Positions 1-9,076 of a DNA stretch of 64,000 nt are shown one piece after another. The DNA comes from Candidatus Eiseniibacteriota bacterium (GTDB taxonomy: Bacteria; Eisenbacteria; RBG-16-71-46; CAZAMP01). Position 1 is the first letter of the stretch; each line of letters begins with the position of its first letter. The notes below the pieces were generated by a model. The model saw nothing but the letters and a program-made list of their open reading frames with translations. It was not told where the DNA came from and searched no databases. Made by a program: the position numbers and the translations under genes. Where the stretch lies: positions 2,400,001 through 2,464,000 of the forward strand of contig OZ245046.1 of the NCBI GenBank assembly GCA_965224245.1. Direction: 5' to 3'.

Positions 1-24
1 GCCCGGAGAGAGTTCCGTGAGTGC

Positions 25-804
25 GTGGCCCGCCGCTGGTTCGCGCTCCAGACGCTGGCGTTCGCGGTGCTCGCGGTCGCCGTATCGTTCGTGTCCCTCG
101 CGGGCGTCGGCTCGTACGGGTTCGCCGGCTTCGGCCGCACCACCGCCGGCGTCCTGAACCTCGTGATGCTGGTGGTCCCTCTGATGTCGCTCACCGCCGG
201 CGCGGGGACGATCGCCGGCGAGCGGGAGCGCGGAACGCTCCTCTACCTGCTCGCCCAGCCGGTGTCCCGATCCGAGATCCTGGTCGGGAAGATCGTCGGA
301 CTGGGAGCCGCGCTGTGCGCCTCGCTGTGCCTCGGCTTCGGCTTCAGCGCGGTGGTGCTGGTCTGGCGGACCGGGGGAACCGGGCTGGCCGCGTTTGCCC
401 TCCTCGTCGCGTTCTCGTGCATGCTCGCGATCGCCATGCTCTCGCTGGGGATCCTGGTCTCGGTGATCTCGAGAAGCAGCGGCATGGCGACCGGCCTCAG
501 CCTCTTCGCGTGGCTGGGTCTGGTGTTTCTGAGCGACCTCGGGCTCATGGCGGGGACGCTCCTGTTCCGCCTCCGCGTGCGCGAGGTGTTCCTGTGCGGG
601 CTGATGAATCCCCTCCAGGCGTTCAAGATGAGCGTGCTGACGGCCATGAACGCATCGCTCGACGTCCTGGGACCGGTCGGGGTCTACGCGTCCCAGACGG
701 TCGGCGATCACGGCCTGGCGGTGTTCGCGTCGGTGCTCGCGGTGTGGATCGTGGTGCCGCTCACTGTCTCGAGCGTGCTCTTCATCCGACGGGGGCAGGC
801 ATGA
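25..804 (+). CDS. ABC transporter permease, NosY-like; may be 5'-truncated by the window edge
   Basis: Six hydrophobic segments and the ABC-2 permease motif IAGERERGTLLYLLAQPVSRSEILVGK; stop overlaps the ATG of the nosL-like gene. Confidence 0.8.
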   Translation: MARRWFALQTLAFAVLAVAVSFVSLAGVGSYGFAGFGRTTAGVLNLVMLVVPLMSLTAGAGTIAGERERGTLLYLLAQPVSRSEILVGKIVGLGAALCASLCLGFGFSAVVLVWRTGGTGLAAFALLVAFSCMLAIAMLSLGILVSVISRSSGMATGLSLFAWLGLVFLSDLGLMAGTLLFRLRVREVFLCGLMNPLQAFKMSVLTAMNASLDVLGPVGVYASQTVGDHGLAVFASVLAVWIVVPLTVSSVLFIRRGQA

Positions 805-1256
805 CGCTTCCCGCGACCGGCAGAGGGTCCATGGTGATCCTCGTCCTCGCGATCGGGATGAGCTGCGCGGGGGAGCCGGCCGACGGTCCGCCCGACGTCC
901 GGTACGGCGAGAGCGTGTGCGCACACTGCAACATGATCGTCAGCGACGAGCGATTCGCCACCGCGTCGGTGGTCGACGGCCCGCGAGGACCCGAGCCCCG
1001 CGTCTTCGACGACTTCAACTGTCAGATCGACTTCGAGCGGGACCACCCCGACGTGTCCGTTTCGGGGCGGTGGGTGCACGACCACGGCACGCTCGCGTGG
1101 GTTCCGGCCGCCGCGGCGCTCTACGTGAGGGCCGCGACGCTCCACACGCCGATGGCCTCCGGCGTGGCCGCGTTCGCCGGACGTCCGGCCGCCGATGCGT
1201 TCGCCGGCGACGTCGGCGGGGACGTGCTGTCGTTCGACGAGCTGTGGGGACGGTGA
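801..1256 (+). CDS. nosL: NosL-family copper chaperone lipoprotein
   Basis: ATG at 801 (ATGA overlap); lipobox-like GMSC; CAHCNM, FDDFNC and TPMASG motifs typical of NosL. Confidence 0.8.
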   Translation: MTLPATGRGSMVILVLAIGMSCAGEPADGPPDVRYGESVCAHCNMIVSDERFATASVVDGPRGPEPRVFDDFNCQIDFERDHPDVSVSGRWVHDHGTLAWVPAAAALYVRAATLHTPMASGVAAFAGRPAADAFAGDVGGDVLSFDELWGR

Positions 1257-1338
1257 TCGCCGGACGTGGGTGACCCGGGACGATCGCGCGGCGGCGCCCG
1301 TGTCTCGCGCCGCCGGGACGAGCCCCCCGCGGCGCCGT

Positions 1339-2355
1339 TTACGGGATGTGGTACCCGACCGAGATCCGGTGGCTCTGACCGAGATCGTCCGAGTACGGTA
1401 CGAACGCGTAGCCGACCCGGAGCTGATCGCGATCCACGCGGAGCCCGAAGCTCAGGTCCTCGGTATCGAGCCCCGTGCGGTAGCCCATGCTGAGCGCCGC
1501 GAGATCCCGGTAGAGGTAACGCGCGCCCATCAGCACGCTGAAGTCCTCTCCGGAGACCTGGCGCCCCTCCAGAGAGACCTCCACCGCCCCGTTGGCGATC
1601 ATCGCCGCCGGGCGGTAGCTGACCCCTCCCTGGACCGTGGTGGGCAGCGAGAAGCTCTCGCCTCCGGCGATGGGACCGGCACCGGACTGGTTGACGATCT
1701 GGACCTGGTTGAACGCGATGTCGTTCGAGAGGTTCTGGACGGATGCACCGAACGAGAACCGCTCCCACCGATACTGCGCCCCGAGATCGGTCGCGATCGT
1801 CTGGGCCACGTGATCCTCGTCGGCGGCGGGGTCTCCGATGAACTCGCGCACGTACTTGAACCCCACGCCCACGCTCAGATCCTCGTTCACCGCATATGCG
1901 TAGCCGAGCGTCAGCGCGAGATCGTAGAAGCCCACGTCGCCGGTGATCTCACCGTTCTCGTCGCGTCCCTCGAGATCGCTCGTGAACAGACCGTTGAACG
2001 AGAGCCCGAGCCCGTGCCGCCCGAACGATCGCGCGACGCCCGCGTACTCCAGGCGCAGGTCGGCGATGTACTCGTTGTGCATCAGATACACGTCGGTGCC
2101 GCCCACGCGCGTCAGCCCCGCCGGATTCCAGTACAGCGCCGTGGCATCGCGGGCCTGGCTCGTGTACGCCTGGCCCATCCCCATCGCGTCGGTCCCGACA
2201 CCGATCTTCAGGAACGCCAGGCCGTTCTCGCCGGCACCGGCCAGCGCCGTCGACGCGCCCAGGGCGAGCGCCGGGAACAAACCGATCGCGACCCGCGCCG
2301 CGGACCGTGCAGTGGCCGTCTGTCGTGTTGCGTTCATCGCGCTACTCTTCCCCAT
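1339..2355 (-). CDS. PorV/PorQ-family outer-membrane beta-barrel
   Basis: Signal peptide, FLKIGVG..AMGMGQAY...DATALYWNPAGL motif, C-terminal LGQSHRISVGY; start may be 2337. Confidence 0.8.
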   Translation of the reverse strand: MGKSSAMNATRQTATARSAARVAIGLFPALALGASTALAGAGENGLAFLKIGVGTDAMGMGQAYTSQARDATALYWNPAGLTRVGGTDVYLMHNEYIADLRLEYAGVARSFGRHGLGLSFNGLFTSDLEGRDENGEITGDVGFYDLALTLGYAYAVNEDLSVGVGFKYVREFIGDPAADEDHVAQTIATDLGAQYRWERFSFGASVQNLSNDIAFNQVQIVNQSGAGPIAGGESFSLPTTVQGGVSYRPAAMIANGAVEVSLEGRQVSGEDFSVLMGARYLYRDLAALSMGYRTGLDTEDLSFGLRVDRDQLRVGYAFVPYSDDLGQSHRISVGYHIP

Positions 2356-2401
2356 CGGTTCGACCGCCGGACGAGGCCCGCCCCGTCGGGCGGAGCCCGC
2401 T

Positions 2402-5400
2402 CTAACGGATCAAGGCCAGCTTTCCGACCTCGGAGTCGGCTCTCCCCCCGGTCGACGCGACCCGGTAGACGTACAGGCCGGGCGCCACCGGCGTCCCGGA
2501 CTCGTTCAGGCCATCCCAGCGCACGAGGTTGTCGACGCCACCATAGACGGTGCCGTCCAGGCGGCGGACCTCGATCCCGGCGGCATCGTAGATCGTGATC
2601 GTCACGCGTGAGACGTCCATCGCCGGCCGGTAGTGGAACGACGTGCCGTCCGGACGCGCCGGATTCGGCTGGCAGTATACGTCGGCGAGCCCGCTGGCCG
2701 CATCGGGCACGTCGGACTCGCTGGCCGCCGTGACCGCGTTTCGCGTGGGTCCGCGACGGAACATGCCCCACTCGTCGCCGCGCGGGCGGTACGGCGCATC
2801 CAGGTTCCAGAGCACCGCGCGCGTCCACAGGACCTCGTCGCGCGATCCGCGTCCCACGTCGAGCGCGAAGACGTCGGTGCGAGCGTCCCCGTCGAAGTCG
2901 CCCACCACCGGGACGGTGCCCGAGCCGACCTGGAGCGGCCACCCGCGAAGCACGCGCGCGTGGGCGTCGTCCCCGCGCAACCCCACCACGAGCCCGTCGC
3001 CGAAGACCGGGATCACGTCGAGACGCCCGTCCCCGGTCACGTCGGCCGCGAGCGGCCCCCGATGCGGCGGCGACAGGTCGTAGTACGTGTCCTGCGGGAC
3101 GTCGAACGTCCGCGGCCAGCCGGCGTCGACCACGCCGTTCAGGTTGATCACGAAGGCCGCGCCGCTGGTGCCGATGGCCAGCACCTCGGCGAAGCCGTCC
3201 GAGTCGACGTCGGCGATCGACACCTCGCTCCCGATCGGACCGCCCACGAACACCGGCCACCCCGCGCGCGGCGAGAGGTGTGAGACGTCACCGTCGTGCC
3301 CGAGCTCCCACGCGAACACGGTGCCGTCCTCGGCCACGGCGACCACGTCGGGGGTGTCGTCGCCGTCCAGATCCCCCCACACCGGCGAGCCGAAGCGCCG
3401 ATCGGGCTCGGTGGGCGCGCGCTCGCGCTGGTCGGTGTCGAGGTCCAGATCCACGAGTAGCATGCCGCCCAGGAGTCCCGCCTGCACGACGACCGGGATG
3501 GTGGCTGCGCCGCCCTGCGTGACCGGCGCCCCGGCGATCCGCCCGACCACCGGGGCCCCGGCGACCGGCCCGGCGATGCGGTACTCGCGGCCGGCGGCCG
3601 CATCGAGATCCCAGCGCCACATCGCGCCCTCGGTCGAATCGGCGCCCGCATCGCGGGAGCCCACGATCAGCTCCAGCGCGGCGTCGTCGTCGACGTCGGC
3701 GAGCACACCCTCCACGCGTCCCAGCGAGTCGACGGCGCCGGCGGGTCGCCGGCGCAGCGCGGTGGCGGTCATCTCGAAGACCGAGATGCCGCCGCGCTCG
3801 CCGATCGTCACGATCGACTGGCCGCCGTCCCCCAGCACGTCACCGACGAGCGGGGATCCGGCCGGCGTGTCGCCGATGTCGCGGTCTCCCCCGATCGCGC
3901 GTCCGTCGGTGTCGAGGACGGTCAGGAGCCCGCTCTCGCCCAGCACCACGAACTCGCTCTCGCGGTCGCCGTCGAGATCGGCCGCCAGCGGATGCGCGCC
4001 GGAGATGGGCTGATCCAGCGTGACCGGAAAGCCGTCGGCGAGCGTGGCCGCGGCGCCGTCGGGCTCCACGAACTCGACCCGGAACGACTGCGTCTCCCCG
4101 GGAGGCCCGATGTCGCTGATGAGCACGCGCCCCGGCGCGCCGAACGAGCTCTCGGAGGAGGGGTTCGTCCAGGGTCCGAACTCGGTGGCGGTGCCTGGAC
4201 GGAACGCGTCGTCCGGGGACCCGAACGACAGGATCGTGTAGGCGTCGAACTCCAGATCCTGGACCCCGTCGGCCTCCTCGAGGTCGATGCCGAGGTGATG
4301 CGGGTCGGCGTTGACCAGGTTGTAGTCGAACGCGAACCGCACCACGGAGTCGTCGATGTGCCAGACGTACAGCCCCTCGGACTCGCGGTACGTGGCGGTG
4401 GGGCTCGTCGGCAAGAGGTTCGGGGTGAAGTAGTCGAACTCGGAGCCTGCGAACGTGTCGCCCCAGAAGTTGAACGAGACGTCGTCCTCGCTTCGACGCG
4501 CCCAGTCGAACGTCCGGTTGTCGTTGGGATCGGGTTGTCGGGCCTCGACCAGGAAGTACTCGTCGGCCGAGATCGGGATGCGGACCGCGAGCGTGTCGGT
4601 GGCCGCGGGGCGATCGGTCTCGATCGGGGTCAGCGTGACCGCGCGCCCGCCCGGCGGCGTGTCGGCGATCGTGACCGGATCGAGCCATCCCGCGTAGTAG
4701 CGCGACCACACGCATGGCTCGCCGGGGACGAAGCCGTTGCCGTTCCACGTGCCGGCGGCCATCAGGCAGAACGCCCCGACGCCCTGCGACGGATCCCCAG
4801 GCGTGGTGTCGTACAGATCGGGCCAGCCGATCATCACGTGACCGAGCTCGTGCGTGAACACGCCCATGAGCCCGAACCGCCACCCGTCCTGTACCTCGTT
4901 CTCGGGGAGGAGCGCGGCCCCGCGCACGTAGACGGTGTCGCCCTCGGCGGTCAGATCGTCGGTCGGGATCCCGGGCACTTCGTAGCCGAGCGAGTCGTTC
5001 AGCACGAACGAGAGCAGATCGCCCGGGAAGAACGCGGACCAGATCTGTGACTTGCTGTCCCGCGCCACGTCGGACTCCTGACCGGAGCCCGAGTGCACGA
5101 CCGCGAAGCCGTTGTAGTCACCGAAGTCCACGTCGGCGTCGGCGCCCGCGACGGCGTCCCAGATCAGCTTCGTGCCGCGTTCGGAGAAGAGATCGTCGTC
5201 TCCGTAGTACGCCATCGGGGCGGGAAGCTTGACCACCGCGTCGTGAACCGTGGCCTCCATCACGTGCTGGCCGAACGACACGTCCTCGTAGTACTGGCGC
5301 ACGTGCTCGAGGTGACGATCGAAGTAGGCCACCAGGAGCTCGTCCTCGGGGATCGGGCCCGCGCCCGTCGTGTCGATGGCCAGCGTGTCGAAGGGCACGT

Positions 5401-5713
5401 CGGCGAACTCGGCCAGCAGGAAGAGTACGCGCGAGGTGTCGGACGGCGCGCCGACCCGGTCGGTGTCGTGATCGAAGTAGCCGAGCGCCAGCTCGGGCGC
5501 CGGCTCGCGAAAGACGGGCCAGTCGGTCTTCTGGGGCACCGGCGGCGCCATGCAGAAGATCGGCCCGCCCACCGGCCCGGCGTGGACGGCCGGTCGAGGT
5601 TCGGGCGCGTCGCCGGCGCGCGGAAGAGGTGTGATCCGGTCCGTGGACGTCAACCAGCCCAGCGCCGAGAGCACGGCGAGCGCCGACGTCAGTAACGTGC
5701 GTCGAAGCATCAT
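2402..5713 (-). CDS. Secreted M6 (immune inhibitor A-like) metalloprotease with FG-GAP repeats and C-terminal FlgD-Ig domain
   Basis: HELGH..GWPDLYD, CLMAAGTWN and GIDLEEADG motifs; repeated D.DGDG; tail PNP..ITIYDAAG.EVRRL..WDGLNESG..VAPGLYVY. Confidence 0.85.
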   Translation of the reverse strand: MMLRRTLLTSALAVLSALGWLTSTDRITPLPRAGDAPEPRPAVHAGPVGGPIFCMAPPVPQKTDWPVFREPAPELALGYFDHDTDRVGAPSDTSRVLFLLAEFADVPFDTLAIDTTGAGPIPEDELLVAYFDRHLEHVRQYYEDVSFGQHVMEATVHDAVVKLPAPMAYYGDDDLFSERGTKLIWDAVAGADADVDFGDYNGFAVVHSGSGQESDVARDSKSQIWSAFFPGDLLSFVLNDSLGYEVPGIPTDDLTAEGDTVYVRGAALLPENEVQDGWRFGLMGVFTHELGHVMIGWPDLYDTTPGDPSQGVGAFCLMAAGTWNGNGFVPGEPCVWSRYYAGWLDPVTIADTPPGGRAVTLTPIETDRPAATDTLAVRIPISADEYFLVEARQPDPNDNRTFDWARRSEDDVSFNFWGDTFAGSEFDYFTPNLLPTSPTATYRESEGLYVWHIDDSVVRFAFDYNLVNADPHHLGIDLEEADGVQDLEFDAYTILSFGSPDDAFRPGTATEFGPWTNPSSESSFGAPGRVLISDIGPPGETQSFRVEFVEPDGAAATLADGFPVTLDQPISGAHPLAADLDGDRESEFVVLGESGLLTVLDTDGRAIGGDRDIGDTPAGSPLVGDVLGDGGQSIVTIGERGGISVFEMTATALRRRPAGAVDSLGRVEGVLADVDDDAALELIVGSRDAGADSTEGAMWRWDLDAAAGREYRIAGPVAGAPVVGRIAGAPVTQGGAATIPVVVQAGLLGGMLLVDLDLDTDQRERAPTEPDRRFGSPVWGDLDGDDTPDVVAVAEDGTVFAWELGHDGDVSHLSPRAGWPVFVGGPIGSEVSIADVDSDGFAEVLAIGTSGAAFVINLNGVVDAGWPRTFDVPQDTYYDLSPPHRGPLAADVTGDGRLDVIPVFGDGLVVGLRGDDAHARVLRGWPLQVGSGTVPVVGDFDGDARTDVFALDVGRGSRDEVLWTRAVLWNLDAPYRPRGDEWGMFRRGPTRNAVTAASESDVPDAASGLADVYCQPNPARPDGTSFHYRPAMDVSRVTITIYDAAGIEVRRLDGTVYGGVDNLVRWDGLNESGTPVAPGLYVYRVASTGGRADSEVGKLALIR

Positions 5714-5828
5714 GTTGAGTCCCGCTTCACGAGATGGGCATCGGGGAGCGCCCGGCCGCGGCGCCGGGACACCTTCCCGGTGTCCGGCGCAATCGCAACG
5801 TGAGCAAGCGCTTACCTAGGCCTGGGCG

Positions 5829-5857
5829 AGTCTAGAGAGGCATACACCGGGGGTCAA
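5829..5857 (-). promoter_or_regulatory. sigma70-type promoter for the M6 protease-porV unit
   Basis: TTGACC-N17-TAGACT on the minus strand. Confidence 0.55.
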
Positions 5858-5909
5858 CGTTTTGCTCCGGCGGGACGGGAGTAAATCGGGGGTGGAAGGG
5901 GCGGCCCCG

Positions 5910-7310
5910 TCAGCGACGGGACCGACCACCGGACGAGCGATCGCGCCCCGAGGACTTCGATCGCCCGCTGCGTCCGCGATCCCCGCTCTTGCGATCGTCC
6001 CGCCGCGGGGGCGTGGCCGACTTTCGCGGCTTGTCCCCCCGGGAGTTCCGGGGTCGATCGCCGACGTTTCGTGGACGATCGTCCCGCGACGGCTGCACGT
6101 CTCGACCGGAATCGTCGCGCTTGGGACGTGCTCCGCGATCCCGCTTGCCCCGCCCGGCATCCCGATCACGGTCGTCACGATCGCCGCGGTCCACGTCTCG
6201 TGCGCCGCGATCGCCGCGATCTCCCCGGTCGACGTTCCGGTCGCCCCGATCTCCCCGATCGGGCCGGGTTCCGCGGTCATCCCGGCCACGCGAGTCCAGA
6301 GCGCCGTCGCGATCGCGAACCGGCTTCGTGGTGCCCCGTACGTCGTGCGCGTCGGACACGTGGTCGCCGCGTGTCCACGAGGGATGGTCCTTGCGGTCCT
6401 TCAGATGATCGCGCTCCCTGGGCGACTTGCCTGCGAACGTCCGGATCAGACGATCCGGACGACCGTCCTCCCACCGATCCTTGGACGACCACTTGGTCTT
6501 GTAGGAGCGGTAGCGGTGCGGCGCGTTCGCGCGCTTCCAGTAGTAGAAGCGCGGCTGGCAGCGTGCCGGATAGAGCGCGTCGGTCCACCAGACGTCCACG
6601 CGCACGTCGAACACCCGGCACGCGTCCCGGTACGGGTCGTACCATCCGCCGTAATGACAGTCGTTGCACACGTAGCGCGGATAGTACCGGTGCGTGCGGA
6701 CGCCCCAGTACACGGTCCGGAAGCCCACCCGGTGCGGCGCGCACCCGCGGGGCAGAATCGAGGCCCGGAGCTCGGCGAACGCCAGGTACGGGTCGCCGGT
6801 GACGAACCCGAACTGCACGATGGGGCTGCGAGAGGCGCCGAGGTAGTACGGCCTGGTGCGGTGGCCGTGCGCGTAGAACCAGTCGGGAAAGTACGGGTCC
6901 AGCGGATAGGCGCACGCCAGCGCCTGCACGTACACCATGCCCTCCAGCGGTCCCACCTCGAGAAACGGCGCGTTGACCACGTACGACCGTCCGCCCCGGA
7001 GGTAGTGCGGGTCGTGCGGATGGTACGGGTAGATCAGATGCGCCATGCCGTCCACGTCGACGCCGTAGACGACGACGTACGAGTCGCGATGGGGACGGAC
7101 GGTCAGCTGGACCACGTCACCGGTGTCGTAGGTCGGATCCTCGCCGCCCGCGTCGACCCAGACGTCGACGCCGTACGCGTCGCCGTAGCCGCGGTCGTGA
7201 ACGGCATCCTGATAGCCGATGCCGGCCATCGCCGGCGCGGCGCCCGCCACGAGTGCGAGCGCGGCGGCCAGCGTGCCGGCCGCCCTCGAGAGCGTCGGAG
7301 TGCGCATCAT
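5910..7310 (-). CDS. Exported DUF4384-like protein with Tyr-rich middle and Arg/Asp low-complexity tail
   Basis: Signal peptide AMA; VDVWVD..TYDTGDVVQLTVR...SYVVVYGVDVDG..HLIYP; CNDCH; DRGDRGDR repeats. Confidence 0.7.
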   Translation of the reverse strand: MMRTPTLSRAAGTLAAALALVAGAAPAMAGIGYQDAVHDRGYGDAYGVDVWVDAGGEDPTYDTGDVVQLTVRPHRDSYVVVYGVDVDGMAHLIYPYHPHDPHYLRGGRSYVVNAPFLEVGPLEGMVYVQALACAYPLDPYFPDWFYAHGHRTRPYYLGASRSPIVQFGFVTGDPYLAFAELRASILPRGCAPHRVGFRTVYWGVRTHRYYPRYVCNDCHYGGWYDPYRDACRVFDVRVDVWWTDALYPARCQPRFYYWKRANAPHRYRSYKTKWSSKDRWEDGRPDRLIRTFAGKSPRERDHLKDRKDHPSWTRGDHVSDAHDVRGTTKPVRDRDGALDSRGRDDRGTRPDRGDRGDRNVDRGDRGDRGARDVDRGDRDDRDRDAGRGKRDRGARPKRDDSGRDVQPSRDDRPRNVGDRPRNSRGDKPRKSATPPRRDDRKSGDRGRSGRSKSSGRDRSSGGRSRR

Positions 7311-8128
7311 GATGCACCTCCTCCGAAGTCGCGCAGCGGCCGCTTGTGCGTGGCCCCGCTCTTGCGCAGCTCGGGATTGCCGCGATCGGTCTGGTAGCCC
7401 CAGTCCAGCTCGATGAAGTCCTCGTCCAGATCGACGACGCGGACCTTCGCGTAGTTGTTGTCGCGCGTCCAGACCACGTAGACGTGCCCCACGATCGCCT
7501 CCACGATCCCCGACGGGCTCCAGCCCTCGTCGGGCGCCCAGGTGATCGCGTCGAAGGACGCGTAGCCTGCATCCTGGATGTCGGTCGCGTAGTCGGGAAC
7601 GGCCAGGTAGCCGACACCGTCGATCCAGTCGAAGTAGACGTCGGCGCGCTCGTCGTCCCAGCCGACTCGCTGCTCGCGCGAGAAGTCGAACGCCGAGTCC
7701 TCGGGGTAGTCGCCGTCGGCCTCTTCCAGCTGAAGGCCGAACCCCTCGGGCCGCGGCGTGTCGTAGATGATGCGGTTGTTGAGGTCGCTCTCGTTGCCGG
7801 CGTAGTCGATGGCGGTGACTCCGTAGTAGTACGTGTCTCCGTTGTCGAGGTCGTCGTGCACGAAGTCGGCGTCCTCGGTGAACCCGAGCAGGTCGTACGG
7901 CCCGTGCGGCTCGCGACTCACGTAGACGCGATAGCCGTCCAGGTCGGGCTCCTGGTTCTCGATCCAGTCCAGATAGACGACCCGGTCACCGGTCGTCGAC
8001 GTCACACCGACCGGCGGCAGCGGCGCGCGGCGGTCGGACTCGTGATGGTGGTCGGTACCGGTGTGATTGATCTCGCAGCCGAGCGCGAGCACCGCACCCA
8101 CGAGTGTCAGATGGAGTCGCGTGTTCAT
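7307..8128 (-). CDS. Lipoprotein with fibronectin type III-like domain
   Basis: Lipobox ALGC; VYLDW..N.EPDLDGYRVY...YYYGVTAIDYAGNES; RBS AGGAGG. Confidence 0.75.
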   Translation of the reverse strand: MNTRLHLTLVGAVLALGCEINHTGTDHHHESDRRAPLPPVGVTSTTGDRVVYLDWIENQEPDLDGYRVYVSREPHGPYDLLGFTEDADFVHDDLDNGDTYYYGVTAIDYAGNESDLNNRIIYDTPRPEGFGLQLEEADGDYPEDSAFDFSREQRVGWDDERADVYFDWIDGVGYLAVPDYATDIQDAGYASFDAITWAPDEGWSPSGIVEAIVGHVYVVWTRDNNYAKVRVVDLDEDFIELDWGYQTDRGNPELRKSGATHKRPLRDFGGGAS

Positions 8129-8159
8129 CGGGGTGCCTCCTTTCGGGTTCGAAGAACGA

Positions 8160-8275
8160 AAGGATGCAGGGGCATCGTCGGCCTGCCTCCACCGTTGAAC
8201 GAAACCCTTACGCCATCACCGCCGAGGCGGCGATGGAGGGTGGGTAAGTGTTTCGCGAAATGCCCCTGCATCCTT
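8160..8275 (-). promoter_or_regulatory. Structured 5' leader closed by a perfect 16-bp inverted repeat
   Basis: AAGGATGCAGGGGCAT (8160-8175) / ATGCCCCTGCATCCTT (8260-8275) enclosing two nested stems. Confidence 0.6.
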
Positions 8276-8289
8276 GTGCCCGGGTGCAT

Positions 8290-8305
8290 TGCAGGGGGCA
8301 TGCCA
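8290..8305 (-). promoter_or_regulatory. sigma54 -24/-12 promoter P1
   Basis: TGGCATGCCCCCTGCA (GG-N10-GC), oriented toward the lipoprotein gene. Confidence 0.7.
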
Positions 8306-8564
8306 GTGGGGCGAGAGCGGACTTCTCAGGCTTGCAACTAACTATGTGCCAATCGATTGAACGAAACGGGACTGCTCCGGGGACCGCTCCGGGAGAGGTG
8401 GGTCGAGCCTGGATCCGTGACCGTCGCGCCTCGGTGTCGCACCGCCGCCACAGGCGTGCCTGCAACACACCCACCCGCCGATACGCGAGCCACTACCGTG
8501 GACGACGAGGACGCGGGGCGCGGGCCGCAGGGCGTTCGGGCGAAGGGCGAGGAGCACGGAGGGC

Positions 8565-8817
8565 AAAAAACAAGGGACCCGATCCGCGGCGGCCACAGCC
8601 TGGACATCCCCCATCTCGCTGGTCATAACCGCCTGGATCAGATCCCTCGCAAATCGTGCCGAGGTATGTCGTGTCTGCGCCGAAGAATTCGAACCGGCCG
8701 GCCGCAACGAACATCTGGACGCTCAATCCGTCGCTCGCCGCGTGTAATCGGGGCCTGATCAGCGTTGACCGGCCGGTCCGAAGTCCATCTTCGGAGGTTC
8801 CCAGCTCCACAGACGTT
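8565..8817 (-). ncRNA. Putative sigma54-dependent structured small RNA, ~250 nt
   Basis: Begins at the predicted +1 of promoter P2; two long stems whose mismatches are G-U pairs on the minus strand; ends in U6; no RBS-supported ORF. Confidence 0.55.
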
Positions 8818-8827
8818 CTCTGATCAT

Positions 8828-8843
8828 TGCATCCGGCATGCCA
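8828..8843 (-). promoter_or_regulatory. sigma54 -24/-12 promoter P2
   Basis: TGGCATGCCGGATGCA (GG-N10-GC); shares TGGCATGCC...TGCAATG with P1. Confidence 0.7.
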
Positions 8844-9076
8844 GGTGCGCCGATCGCGCCGAGACACATCGAACACAACGCTAACGCATTCGAAACGGGC
8901 ACGTTACACGTGGGTTTCATTCCGCTGCGAGGGGCTCGATCTCCGGCTCTTCCGGGCACGAATTCGCAAGGAAGTTTCCAGCCACATCTCGACGCCGGCA
9001 ACGTGCGCGTTTGCAGCGTCTTGGGTTGGAAAGATTCTTTAGAGGCGTATCAAGAGACTTGATAGCTCCAGGGGGG

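Noticed and set aside
8160-8275. Retron msr-msd (a1/a2 inverted repeat) or transposon ends
   Set aside because: No reverse transcriptase or transposase in the window and no target-site duplication seen
8333-8352. TTGGCAC...TTGCA on the minus strand, resembling another sigma54 promoter
   Set aside because: GG-to-GC spacing is 13 nt rather than the required 10
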